Under the pieces are notes generated by a model. That model saw nothing but the letters and a program-made list of their open reading frames with translations. It was not told the origin of the DNA and did no database searches. A stretch of 63,988 nucleotides of DNA, the filler included, from Choristocarpus tenellus KU-1152 (taxonomy: Eukaryota; Protista; Phaeophyceae), in NCBI GenBank assembly GCA_964200185.2. It is 8 parts of 8 records of this genome, joined end to end, with 100 filler letters (N's around TTAATTAATTAA, not from the genome) between each part and the next. Parts side by side here need not be neighbours in the genome. Positions count along the whole stretch, not along the records: positions 21,241 to 37,952 come from CAXNAD020000787.1; 7 more parts are not named here. One strand, written 5' to 3'. Below, piece after piece: positions 24,201 to 37,746 of the stretch (positions are counted from its first letter, which is position 1; each line of letters opens with the position of its first letter). The translations under genes and the position numbers were made by a program.

Positions 24201-27200
24201 GTTCACTTGAAGAAGGACCACTAGCTCTACCTCTCTCAGGTCGAGCTGCACAGTGACCATGAACCTATTGCCTAGAAGTATACAGCAGTTCCAGAAGGAG
24301 CAGGAACGTGCTTGGTGAAAAAGAAAAAAAAAATGAAAAACTAACAGAACAGTTTAATAATTCCTGCGAATCAATCAAGGTGATGCTTTTCATGATGGAC
24401 GGTTTGCTGACTCCTAAGAACACATCCAATGTGGAGTCCCTCGAGAAGGTCTTGGTATTCTGTATCATATGGGCACTTGGATCAGCCCTCACTGTGGCAG
24501 ATGATGGTACCGATTACCAGAAGCTCTTCAGCGATTGGTGGCGCAATGAGTGGAAGAAGGTAAAGAGTCATACAAACTGAGAGGTAGGCAAGGTTGCATT
24601 TGAAGGATTCTACGAAAAAGGTGCCATTCATAAAATTGCAGTTGGAGCCTTTGTTTGATCGTGGTGTCACTTTGTGTTTGGAAAGGGAGAATATCAATTT
24701 TGCTTACACTATTGTGCACACAAAGCAATGAAACAGAGTGCATTGCACTGGAAATGAGAGATGACTTAGAATGCAGAAGGTTCCAAACATGTCAACCTCT
24801 CAATTGGTTTGGCTCAATCCCAACAAATTTGTGCAGTGGATTTTACTTGATGGGTGTATGTCTTCTTCAGGAAATAGAAGTACTCAATTGCACGCTTCCT
24901 CCCCTGTATATTGCAGTACTGATGCTGATGCTGATGTTCATATTGATACCGGCACTACAGGTGTTCACTCTGTTGCAACTCTTGAACCCTTGCACTATTG
25001 CAGGTCAAATTTCCATCACGAGAAACTGTGTTTGACTACTGGCTGGATCCAGATACTGACACTTTTGAGCAATGGGCCAAGAGTCCATACTTTTATTCCA
25101 TTGACTATGACTCTAGAGTAACGCCCATGACTCAGGTCAGTGCCTTCATTGCCCACCGGTCAAGTATTCTGTTGACTAGTACTGCGTCAGCGGTTGTGGA
25201 GAAAAAAATTAATGCTAGAAAAAAGTTGAAGACAGCACATATTTGTATTTAGTACGATGTGGGCAAGAGGATGTGATATTCAAGCTTCTTTCCCAAGTTT
25301 TGAGTTTAGAGTATTAAATTAAAGTTTGAAGTATACGTCAAAAAATATTTTTTTAAAAATGAAAATTTCACAAACAACTATCATGTGGAAGAAAATCTAC
25401 CGTAAACCGATTTGTTTGCATGTCGTGTGTCATGGTAGGGTTAGGGTTGTATTTTTTCTTCGATCTTTTCCCCCTTGCATTACGAAGAATCTTCAACTTT
25501 ATTTCATACGTTTGATTAACACTTTGATGACAATCAATTCCAAACAACTCTTTCAGAATCAAGTTGGCATGAGCTGTTTACCGTTTGCCCAACTTCCTTA
25601 GCAGTAAGATGAATGCGGTCCAGAAATATGATCAGATATCCTCATCTGTTACATAGCCCTAAATTTCCATCCACCATTCCCACATCCAAGCATTTGGTTT
25701 GTCTTCTACTTTTCTACTTCCACATGATTTTTGAAATGTTGTGCTAGTACACCCATGCCTGTGAAAGCATGAGTACCGAAGCTTCTTCCAAAGCACAGCT
25801 TAAAGAATCTTGCCAAAAACTATTTTAAGTCAAAGGGTTTCTGTCTAGTTCATGTAGAACACACATACCACTAAATAGTACACATTGATGTGCTGATCAT
25901 CAGAGCACCATTTGTCCCTAGTAGAACAATACTCATCTCTGGGGGTGAACATAGACTATACATGTTTTCTTCTTGTTAGTGCCATGAATTTACGATAGTA
26001 TTGTTGCATGAAATATGACAATATGACTGGTGGTCTTAATGCTGCAAATCACCCAAATGAACTTTTACTCTTCCAAGTAAATGTACGGATGTGTGGCAAA
26101 ATATCTGCAAATGCAAACCCCGAGACCACATATATCACCTCCGATTTTACGCTATGCTTAATTTAGGTGACAGTTCCCACACCTGAGACTTGCTCAGTCA
26201 CTTTCTGGATGCAGCTCCTGGTTCAGATGAGAAAGCCAGTCATGATGGCAGGACCTTCAGGAACAGGCAAAACACAAGTGAGAAACTAGAGTATCGCTTT
26301 AGCATGCAGTATTTTGAATTTTTCATTTATATCACAAGACAGCAGAAGTTAGAGATCAGGTAGGTTGACCACCGCTAACTCATCCCCTCTCAAGTTCTAG
26401 GATGTGGGAATCAATCAAAATGTTTTGATCTGATTTGGACAGGCAACTCTTTAGATGCCCACATGATGCACCACAACATGACCACACCCTGTTCTAATTT
26501 TTTGGCATCTTGTGGTTGTTCCTCCACCCACAGATGGTGATGGGCATGTTGAAAATGCAAAACCTGGATGCTGTAACCTTCCAGTCTATCAATTTCAACT
26601 TCTACACTACATCAGCAGTGCTGCAGGTGACACCCATTTTCCCCCAGGAATGTTGGGGTTAGAATTGTACTTCAATGTAGAGGACTATTCCTCAAGCCAC
26701 ACTGTGTTATTACAGGCTCACCAACAAAGGTAAACCCGACACTTCATCAACAAAATAACACTTCTCTTTCATACCTGTAACACCACATTTTGGATGGAAA
26801 GAACACAATGAGTCTTCCCCTGGAGAAGAAGACAGGCACAAACTTTGGTCCACCAGGAAACTGCAGGCTGGTTTACTTCCTGGACGATCTCAATCTCCCT
26901 GAGGTATGAACCAAGCCAATTGTGAGGTAGGCCAGGTTGCACTTTAAGGATGCCAACAAAGGGCAAAAAGACACAATTTTGTACAATTGCACAAAGAGTC
27001 TTTGCTGGATTGTGGTCGTACTTTGTGTGTAGAAAGGAGGTTTGCCACCTTTGTGTACTCTATTGTGAATATAAAGCAAGAAGATAGAGTGAGTTCTACA
27101 GCATAAGAAAAATGGCTTAGAATGCAAAAGGGTTCAAACCTGCCTATCTCTCAATTGGTTTAGCTCTACGATGTATGCTTTTTCCTTCAAATCAAGAATC

Positions 27201-30200
27201 ATCTCCTTGAACTATTAGTTTCAATGGTCTCTTCATATGTGACATAAACATCGATTATTGCTGCATCTTATCTCTCCTCAAGCAAGCAAGGTGACTCCCA
27301 CAACTTGCCAAACACAGGTTGACCCATACAACACCCAGTCTGCAATCGCCCTCCTGAGACAGCACATGGAATATGAGCATGTGTATGACCTGGGCAAACT
27401 CAACCTCAAGAACATTGCTAATACACAGGTGACACCTTGAGCACCAAGGATATCAGTGTAGTTGTAGTGCTCAAGTGCTTAATATAGTTGTACTGACCTA
27501 TTTAATATGTTTTGGTGTATGGTGTTACCAAGTGTTTTTCTGGCTGTATCTCCTTCAACCTTCAGGTCACATTAATCGTTCATCAATTCACCTGGATACT
27601 AGAATATATATTTTCCTTGACACCTTGTTCTCACTCGAATAATTTCTTTTTCATTATGAACGCTTGAGCAACAAACATCCAAGATACAAATTTCTTGCAA
27701 TTTTTTTGGCCTGGACATGCTCTGACCTGGCATGTTTGGGGCAGTAAAGCTCTTGGCATTATTGATACAGTGACCCCCAACTGGTACAGAGCCTAATGTT
27801 AGCCTACTATGTAGTAGGGGAACTGTTCAAACTCCATTTGCAGTAAGGGAGAAGAAAATCATGTTAGACCCAAGGTTTTATCTTGGTGGCTTGTATGGTA
27901 GCTTCTGTATCTAACTCTTAGAAAAGAGGTACATATTTTCTGAAGATTATAATGGCTGGTGAGTAGAGCAACCCTGCACTCTTTTTCCTTGCTTACTGGG
28001 CTTTGTGATCCAAGCTAAACACATGTTGCCTGACTCCATTCTAGTATTGCAGTGCCAATCACATCCCCTCACCAATATCAATTTCTAGCTTGCGAGTACA
28101 TAGGTAGATATATATTTGTAGGTAGATATATTTGTTGTAGCACATTATACTTCCAACCAATTGTAGTGCTCTGTGCTACAACTAGCCCTGATGAAGCTAG
28201 TTATAGAGGAAGATACAGGGAAATTCTGGTGGCATGCACCGGAGTGATTGCTCTGTGCCTTGAGGGGTATGCCTATGTAGACAAGCAGAATTTAGTATTA
28301 CAATACTGTTACCAAAAGCTATGAAGATATATTGATGAGGAAAAGATGTGGCCCTCTGAGCACCAGACGGAATGGGCAAAAAAATGCTTCGAGACCTGTT
28401 ACACATAGTACAACATAATTCACCAATCAGTACTGGACTTTGTGCATGTAGTGACAATTAATCAATCATTGGAAGATATTGAAGGTAGGCTCACGATGAT
28501 GTAACAGGTGACTAACCCTCCACATTTAACCTGTTTTTCCCTGTGGGTCCTCAAATGCATCTAATAGGTTGTTGTCTGCATGAATCCCACTGCCGGGAGC
28601 TTCCTGGTTAACCCGCGGTTGCAGAGGTGGTTTGCGACATTTGCAATTGGTCTGCCAGGCCCAACATCTCTTCTTACCATCTACCAGGTATATTTTCTAC
28701 TAGGAAATTTATCCTGACCTACATCATTCAGGTGTGAGGGATAAATAATGTGATTCACACTATTGCACTACTAGCACCATTTCAAACAATATATTGCACC
28801 TATTGCAAAATAATCAAAAGATCAGCAATATAAAGTATTGCATTCTCTAGACTCAGCGGTCTTGAAACAGGTTTACTGCTGGTTGTTCTTGCCCCCAACA
28901 TCGAAGTGTTTCCCTTTCCCTAAAAGACCTTCCTAGATGGGCACCTCCAGCACTTTGATGATGAGACAAGCAGTCAATCAAGCAATCTCATCAAAGCAGC
29001 ACTAGGACTTCACAACCAGGTGAGGAGGAGAGTACCAGGCATACTTCTATAGGAGTACAAAGACTCTCAAATAGAATTTGACATCTTTGCACAAGGCATT
29101 TCTTAAGTAGTGATCCAGTTTCCATGGCAGTTTTCAGGCTCCCTTTCAATGTTTCTTGCAGTGCTCCAGAGGTCTACTATTTACAATGATAGATGCAGGT
29201 AATGATCACTTCATCAAAAGCTACCTTTCTCAAACAGGTTGCATCCAACTTCCGCAAGACAGCCACAAATTTCCACTACGAGTTCAACATTCGACACCTC
29301 AGCAACGTCTTCCAGGGGTTGCTCATAGCTCAACCAGACCAGTTCAAATCCTCTGAGAAGTTCGTCCAACTGTGGTTGCATGAAAGCGAAAGAGTGTATG
29401 GTGACAGACTGGTGAGTACTGCAGCTCAGTATGAAGAATAATGGAGCATATCATTCTACACAAATATCCCTGAGCATGATATTCATAATTTGAGCAAGAA
29501 TATTCCTCAAACATAGGTTTGGTTATTGTTTGTGGCACTTGGTCAGGAGGGTCACAGCATTCTAAGTGAGGCTGAACATGATCGAAATCTATAGGACGAT
29601 CAATATCATTATGATATTTTGAATGATCTAAAGATGGGCTGGAGGTAGAGGCAAGAAGAAGAGACCAGAGGGAGCAGGCATTTTGGGAGATGCTCATGAT
29701 GGTGGAGGTTTATCCATGCAAGGATACAGGACCTGCAGACCCCTGATCTAATGTTATTTCAAGAGCAATACATATTGCTCCTTCAAGATGACTGCCTCAC
29801 AAATGACCCCCTGCAGGTGTCTCCTGAGGATTTGAACAAGTACAATGTGTTGGCTCAGGCACAAGCAAAAAAGCTGTTCCCTAGCTTTAATATGTCCAAG
29901 TTCTATGCAGCAGAGAATGCAGATCCATTGGTGTTCTGTCACTTTGCGGAGAACATACAGGACCAAATATATGATCAGGTAATTGAAGAAGATGTACATG
30001 CAGAAGAAAATATGGAAGCATATTACTGCTGGTTTATTTTCTCAATGAAGTACTGAAGTCGAAAAGTAGAAGTCATAGAAATTCTGTTGCCTTTATTTCG
30101 TGGTCTTGGTGCACTTTTTTGTTTGTTTGCTCTCCCCTGGTTCCCATCTCTATGCACGATCAGACCTCAAGACAAAGTGAATTGCAATGATCTCTCAGGT

Positions 30201-33200
30201 GGACTCCCTTGTCAGCATGTCCAATATCTTGGAGGATGCACTGCGAGAGTACAATGAAACCTACGCTACAATGGACCTTGTTCTTTTTGAGGATGCAATG
30301 AAACATGTGGGTCAGTCAAGCATCCAGAGCTAAAAAAAAATTCACCGTCAGGTGCATTGGTAGATGCTAAAATACCTTTCCTACCTCTAGAATGATATCC
30401 TCTAAAAACCACTTGTGTAGAACAATGATTCCCCAATCACTTAAAACCAAATAACAAAGCGTTTCGCACGAAAATTTCAGATAGGACAATAGCCCTTCAT
30501 GTACCTTGCAGGAGACCCCCATACCTATCTACCAAACCATTTGTGTTTCCTGTTTGGTCCTCCAGGTTGCTCGAATTGTCCGCATTGTGCTGAATGAGGG
30601 TGGACACGCACTTCTTGTGGGGGTCGGAGGATCTGGTAAACAGTCTTTGAGCAGATTGGCAGCATTCCTTTGCGGCTACTCTGTCAGTCAGATTGTCATC
30701 AGCTCCACATACTCCATCAACGATCTAAAGGAGGACCTTAAAGCTATGTACAACAAGGTGAAGCCCTCACACAATACAGAACCAGTACTCTGAAGTCTTA
30801 GGTATGCCAAGTGCAATTGATACCTGACTCTGGGATTTGGGAGTCCTGGACTTTTGGTGGTATAACATGTTGTGGGGAAGAGTGGTGCACAGTACAGTCC
30901 CCCCAATGGTACTGTTGCTGTAGCTGGCAGCACACAAGGGAATTTCTCTTTTTTGAAGCAGTGCACCTAGTGTGCAGAAGAGTCATTATTTTCCATCTAC
31001 CTGTCGTCATTGTTCTAGAAATGCACTGGTCCACGCCCTACGGTTTTCCTGGACCACAGTCAGGTTGACATTGTTGATAATATTGACATGCAAGTTGTGT
31101 CCATACTCTGACAGGCCATATATCTCAAATGTATATTCTCACTAATGATCCCACTGACTGACAGGCCGGGAACAAGGATGAGGGGGTAATGTTCCTCCTA
31201 ACTGATAGCCAGATAACCAATGAGCGCTTCCTCATCTATATCAATGACCTCTTGGCATCAGGCAACATTCCAGACCTCTTTGCTGTTGATGAAGTTGATT
31301 CCATCGTGAGTTTGGGATCAAGGCAAATGATGCCTTTCCCACAGCAGTGTAAGTCTTGTGGTGTATTTTTGATACAAAATGGTGAATATGATGTTGTATT
31401 ATATATTTCAGCTAGTAGACAGATATATGCAAGGCAAGACCAAAATTCCACAACTGAAAACCTGAACAATTGTTAGAAACTTCTAGTTATAGCAGGTTCA
31501 GATCAACTCATACTCTTGAATCTAGAATCTCCAGTGAATACTTGTAAAAGCTGATCCAAATGCTGTGCTTGGAAGTAGTCAACATGCATGATCCAATGAA
31601 CCTCCATACATATATATATATATATGTATATATGTACTAATAATATCAGAGTAGCAATGTATGAGTGAGACCACCATAAAATCTTCCCTTCCAATGCCAG
31701 TCACTCTGACAAGTTCCATGGTTGTGCCAGGTGAACAATATGACAAGCAGAGTCAAAGCAGAGGGCATAGTGCCTGATCGCAAGAACTGTTGGGATTTCT
31801 TCATCAAGCTTATCAGGAAGAACCTGCATGTTGTGTTGGCATTCTCCCCTGTTGGAGATGACTTCCGCAACCGTGCCAAGAAATTTCCTGCAATTGTGAA
31901 CTGCACAGTTATTGGTAAGTAATTACAAAGAGCAAACACTTCCAGAGGAGTTCTCCCCAAAGGGTGGGGATGCCCCTAATACTTTCTATAGTACCCAGAG
32001 GGAAAGTTCACTCAGTAAAATATACTTTTCAAGATTATGGAACATGAATTCCCTGCTCATTAGTATATCCCACTGTAATAAATAAGTATTCTAGTATGAG
32101 TCGAGAACCACAAGTCCCAACACGGAAGCTATCCTGAAAAGTCTGCATACAAATCTGGCAAGCGAGTGTCCAGTGCATGTACTCCCTGACTGCAAAACAT
32201 CCTGTTACTGTCTCTTCATCCAGATTGGTTCCAACCTTGGCCACGAGAAGCCCTATTTAGTGTGGGGCGCAAGTTCCTGAGTGAGATGGATTTGGGATGT
32301 GATGGCATCCGAAATGCAATCGAGAAGTTCTTACCCCTGTCTTTTGAGGTGGTCAACAAGGCAGCGCAGAAGTTCCTGACTGTAGAACGCCGGTGTGTGT
32401 CTACCTTTAGGGGCACTTAATGTATGGTGTTTTGTATGTATCTTGGTCACTCAAGTCAACGGCCTACAGTATATGCACATACTGTGTTTGTAGCTTTGGG
32501 TATACAACACTTTCAATCTACAATGAGAAAAAATACTGGGATAATATGCTGATAACGTAGAATATATTTCACACAGAAGTGTAGATCAGTTCTTTTCCCT
32601 CTTATGATATATTGTTCAAAGCAGGCTCTTCTGTTATACCTCTGATCAATCTACAAGTTTTATCTTGAAACCTCATAAGAGGGGATGATTGAGTCTGTTA
32701 CATGTATGCGTGGGAATGCAAGGCACTGTTGACCTCAAGTTCAGTGAAGACTCTGATGAAATACAGAGTTGACTAATCATATTTGCAAATCACTACTCAA
32801 TATGGTATGCCCGCATTACTATCTGGAAAAAAGGTTTGTGTACACCACGCCCAAGTCTTTCCTTGAGCTTCTTAAGCTGTACAATGTTCTGCTGGCCTCC
32901 AAGCGGGAAAGTCAAGAAGCAGCAATTGAACGGTTGGCAACTGGTTTGCACAAGCTCCGTGAGACCAAGGATGCTGTAACTTCACTAGAGGAGGACCTCA
33001 AGGTTACAGATGTCTTTCTGGTCATGCAGAGCGACACCTTGTACATAGGTTTTTCCATTCCAAGCTTGTAGTGAATATACAACACAAAAAACTCCATTAG
33101 ATATTTGAGCAACAGTAGCATGTTGAATGCACAAGTGTACTGACTGAGCATTGAAGCTGTTGATGTTTGTCCTCGTTGGGCATTGCCTACTTCTAGGAGA

Positions 33201-36200
33201 GATACCCCTTCCGTGGCAATACTACTTTCCATCTTCTATTTTTATACATAGACTTCTGCTTTGGAGTAGATCCTAGCTGAATGGTTGGGTCATATTTATA
33301 AGCAGGTGAAACTTCTGTCTTCATTGGTACCCTCCAAAACCACTTTTGCTTGGTAGGAGACCCAAGCACATATTATCAACGATTGTATCTTGTTATTCAA
33401 GATGAGAAATGACAAGATTGAAAGATTATTGCTTGAGTGTTCATAGGACCAAATAAAAATTTGGAGTACATCGGATTCATTCTAAGGGTGGGTAAAATGG
33501 CACAGACCATCTCTATGAGGTCTAGTAGCAGCATCATTTGCCTTCTCATACAGCAACAACAATTTCAGTCACTTACCACTCAATAATCGATTCCATCACT
33601 TGCTCCTCCTCTTCGCCATTTACAATATGTTGCAGGTGAAACTTGAAGATGCTGAGCACAAAAAGACAGTAGCTGAAGGAATTGCTGAGACTGTGAGTCG
33701 AGAAAAGGCAATTGTGGAAGTGGAGACGGCAAAGGCACAAGTTCAAGCAGAGCAAGTGGCAAAGACTCAAGCCGAGGTAAGCCTTCGCACTATAGTAGCA
33801 TTGCTATTCAAACACCTCAAGTATTTATTAATCTCAAGCTATTCACTTTGGATTTGGGAGGAGTCAGTTCATGGTAATCTTGCTACCTGTCACCTCCGGT
33901 GTGGCCTTTCCTACCACCTGCCACTACAGGTCAGTGTAAAGCAAAGAGACACTGAGGCGGACCTTGCCAAAGCTGAGCCTGCTGTTGTTGCTGCCATGGC
34001 TGCCCTAGATACACTCAACAAGAAGGTATGATGAAATCTTGAATTTATGCCTTTCATTTGTACATTGTCCATGGTGTACATATTTGTATGGTGTACATAT
34101 TTGTATGGAATGACAAGACAAAGAGGGGCTTCAATCACCTGATTTCATTCCTTCAACACCCGATCATTCAGGATCTTGGGGAGTGTAAGACAATGGCTAA
34201 GCCTCCTGCTGGTGTCGACGACGTCTTCGCAGCAACAATGGTGCTACTGGCTGGGGTAAGCCCATCAGTGGTTACTACAAAGGCCGGCAAAGTGAAGGAC
34301 CGTTCATGGGATGCTGCAAAGAAGCAACTGTTGGGTAAGTGATATGTCGGGGTCCTGTCCTAATAAAATGTATGCCTTGCACAGAATACAGAAATAGCTC
34401 TTAATCTCTCATATATTGAGACAAAATATAAGAGAGGTACCCAGGTTTTACTGTTTTGCAAGGTAAGAGTCAAAGTATCTTAGAGGATAGAGCCATTTGG
34501 GTGACAAAATCCATTTTGATGTAATTTTGACTATTATATTTGTTAGGAGATGCCAATATCCTTTTTCAAAACACATCTTTTCATGACGTATACATTTTAC
34601 ATACTCCGAAACACTTTGGAGTACATAAAATGAAATAAAAAGCCCATGGGAAGCCAAGCCCCAAATGGACAAACGGGGAAAAACTTGTACCCTCTAAGAT
34701 ACTTTCAATCTAAGCAGTTTCTTACTCTTTAGCAATTCACCGGCATTTCCGTGGGCGAAGTTCTAAATATGACATGAGAGCGTTGATGTCTCTATTGTTT
34801 GAAACCTTTTGACACAATTCAGAAAATATCCTGTATGCATTTTCAAAAAAAAAAAAAATTCACATGTGTGTAATGTAAGTATAAAAAAAACTTCAACCCT
34901 GGGTACCCCTCTTTTGTCCCGAAGCATTTAAGAGGTTAGGGACGCGTCTGTTCAGGGTCATAAACCAAAATTTTGAAACTTTAATGGATTTTGGCTATCG
35001 TATTGGTTAGGGAGTGTCAATTATCCTTGCTCCGGATACACCTTTCATAGTCGTTTCATAGTCGTACACATGTTAGGGTTAGGGTTAGGGTTAGTGTTCA
35101 CACATGAAACCGGTAAAGGGCATAAAGAACCTGTGCGAAGCCAAGTCCGGAACGGACAATGAGGGCGAAACTCCTCCTACCCTCTTAAATGCTTTGGGTC
35201 TTCACTTTTATTCATTGCAGTACGGAACACAAAACGCTTCTACTTGATCTAATGAAATTGATAGAATCAATGGTTCTTCTGAATTAGGATAATATTTATG
35301 GGTTGTGACATTAGTCACAGGAAAAAAAAAATTATATAAGCACATGATAAATTTTTTTAGAAAGCTTCTGTGCTAGCCCGCCAGCAAAATTGTATCTATA
35401 ACAAACAAGAAGGAGCATCTTCAGTCCAGAGGTTTCTACTTTAACGCATGCCATTATTTGGAGCAGGATTCAAGATGTGGAGCTAGGGATGTTAAGCCAA
35501 ATGCTGTGACTGTGAAATTGCCTGTTCAAATGCACAAGTCAGGAGAATATATCCAAAATCTGAAGCCAATGTTACTCACCATACAAACCTAACTGGACTT
35601 GTCTTGTCAGCACATAATGCGAACTGTCTATTCCCAAGAAGAACTTGTATGACCTCCTTACCTACACATCTGTGACAAATTTACTCTGAGCGGCCCTGTG
35701 TTGCAATAGTGCCCCTAGCAACTAAATAACTGTCTCATCTACTTTTGTGTGATGTAGTTTGAGGAGCTATCCATTCACACCCAATTGAAAGCAGCAAAAC
35801 CTGGAAAACTGAGGAATGCTACACACTCAGGGGAAATCCTGTTGTTATGCAAGTTGCCAATATTCTCCTTTTCATGGCACCCCACTCTTTTGTTTTTTCT
35901 TGAAGTCTCTCCAATCACAATTACTCCTTCAACTTCATTTTCTATCCAATTTGAATGATGGGTGTCTACTGCTCCAAAGCCTCCTGTATCCCAGTTTTGC
36001 TCTTCCTGTGTATGTGCTAAACACAATGAATGGGAATGAGTACTTTCCAGTATCAACCGTCTGGCACCATAGCAGAAGGGCGTACATGCCAGACAAAGCG
36101 GCAGGGTTTGCCTGGGCCTTGCGGTTCACATCATTCATGCACATCCTTCTGGAAATCATTTGTGTGGTTGGTGGTTTAGATGCCACTCCACCCTATCCTC

Positions 36201-37746
36201 ATCCCTGTCTGAGCACTCTTGACTGCACCTCCATTTCTGTCTTTTCTTTTTCCACAAAGATTGTCCATTCATGCTACTGATCGTCAACAATTCAAGATTA
36301 ACCTGCTTACACATCCGTGCAACAGGAGACATTGGCGGCTACATTGATCTCCTCAAGGCTCTCAAGACTGGTGTGGACGAAAATACTATACCGTCAATAA
36401 ACTGGAAGGAAATTCGACCCTTCTTGGCTATGGAGCACTTTACTGTTGATATTATCCAGACAAAAAACTCAGCAGCAGCTGGTGTTTGCTCTTTCGTGCT
36501 GAATATTGTAATGGTGAGCACCGCTTGCTAGTCTGGTATATCCTGTGTCAATGTATGGTGGGTGCACCTGAAAAATAAATACTTTGAAGTATATGCAAAG
36601 ATATGCACACCTATTTCAGTAAGCCCCGGATTCTCTTGCAAATGCATCAACATGTCTATATATATATCAGATCTGTTCTTGCCATAGCTGCCTAAAATGC
36701 AGTGCAGGTCCCACATAGCAGTCCACCAAGCATGTCTGTGGTGCTTTATTGAAGAATAAGGCTTGTACAATCATATCCAATACCGATATAACATACTAAC
36801 CGGTTCTCTTTCTTCCCTGTCAGTACTATGACATTGTTGTCACTGTTGAGCCAAAACGTCAGGCCCTTGCTGCTGCTAATGAGCAGCTTACAACAGCAAA
36901 CAATACGTGAGTTCATGCTGAGAACCCCACTTGGGTTGGCATAAGAGAGAGATGGTGTATACAGTAGTTGCAAATCAAGTAGGAGCTGGAAATATGTTGT
37001 TGTGGATGAGAAAATAGTTTAATCAAATGCCAGACACTGCAGTCACATCTAATGGACATCTCTTGGCACTGGTATGTGCATAAACAGTGTGCTTTTTACG
37101 ATTGTGCCTGCTCCTTTTCAAACCCAATAGTGTTTTCGTTTTGTGTTGCACACACACCCAGATAGCGCACATTGCACATGGTCCCAACACAAATTGCCAG
37201 GCATGCCTTTTTTTACTTAGAGTTCACCAACAAAATACAGATTGAAGGAGGTGCAAGAGCAGGTGGCAGAATTGGAGTCTAAGTTGGCCACCTTGACTTC
37301 AGAATTCAACACTGCCAATAATGACAAGCAGGAGGTACGTAAATCACGACATTAGGAACCATACCTGGTACTCTTGCACATTTTCGGTTGCCATGAATGC
37401 CAAGGTCCATGGCCTGGCGAGGTATTCCTATTGACTCAAAATGACTGGCAAGCAATTTAATTAATCTAAATATCATATTTTGTGCAACGTCTCCTACCCC
37501 TTTAATCTTGACATAACATAAACCAATTTTCAGGTCCAAGGGACAAATTTACATTCCATGTTCCCATCATTTGTTTTTGCAGGCACTGGACTCTGTGTCA
37601 AAGGGGCAGCGCAAGCTTGATTTAGCACAGCGATTGACTGGAGCCTTGAGCTCAGAAAACGATCGCTGGGCAGAGAATGTTGTTCAGCTGCGGGCTGATA
37701 TGGAGCTTTTCACTGGTGACGTATTACTCGCCAGTTCATTTATCAC
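21285..37746 (+). CDS. Axonemal outer-arm dynein heavy chain (alpha/beta-type, DNAH9/11/17-like), internal fragment from AAA2 through AAA4 and the stalk/MTBD, 29 exons
   Basis: Exons 21285-21400, 21500-21586, 21875-22018, 22353-22505, 22873-23046, 23602-23694, 24380-24559, 25004-25135, 26167-26277, 26534-26626, 26802-26903, 27318-27428, 28568-28687, 28927-29019, 29238-29411, 29817-29978, 30199-30306, 30566-30757, 31165-31305, 31731-31914, 32224-32392, 32834-33002, 33636-33776, 33930-34025, 34172-34334, 36326-36513, 36824-36906, 37241-37334, 37583-37746 splice GT-AG into one frame (3937 nt). Motifs: [134 protein letters not shown]. Truncated at both contig ends; exact paralogue not resolved. 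Confidence 0.96.
23151..23395 (-). mobile_element. MITE family A copy in a dynein intron, one end eroded
   Basis: AAGTATCTTAGAGGGT ... TACCCTCCAAGATATTTTAACTC; interior is the reverse complement of the 8849 copy. Confidence 0.85.
24565..24815 (+). mobile_element. MITE-like family E copy 1 (TIR approximately GAGCCAAACCAATTGAGAG)
   Basis: Colinear similarity with 26908-27166 (GAGGTAGGC.AGGTTGCA.TT.AAGGAT ... CTTAGAATGCA.AAGG..TCAATTGGTTT.GCTC); imperfect terminal inverted repeats. Confidence 0.65.
26908..27166 (+). mobile_element. MITE-like family E copy 2
   Basis: CCAATTGTGAGGTAGGCCAGGTT and AACCTGCCTATCTCTCAATTGG form an inverted pair; homologous to 24565-24815. Confidence 0.65.
34430..34913. 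mobile_element. Putative TIR element (AAGAGAGGTACCCAGGTTT / AACCCTGGGTACCCCTCTT) hosting a nested family A MITE
   Basis: 19-bp inverted pair with 2 mismatches; no clear TSD. Confidence 0.5.
34467..34710 (+). mobile_element. MITE family A copy
   Basis: GAGTCAAAGTATCTTAGAGG ... TACCCTCTAAGATACTTTCAATC; flanking TAAG repeat overlaps the first G. Confidence 0.9.
34916..35200 (+). mobile_element. Divergent family A-like MITE with family B-like ends and an internal (TTAGGG)3 tract
   Basis: Ends GTCCCGAAGCATTTAAGAGG / CCTCTTAAATGCTTTGGGTC; interior (TTTTGGCTATCGT..ATCCTTG..ACACCTTT..GAAGCCAAG..GGACAA) is like family A; TTAGGG at 35073-35094. Confidence 0.75.
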
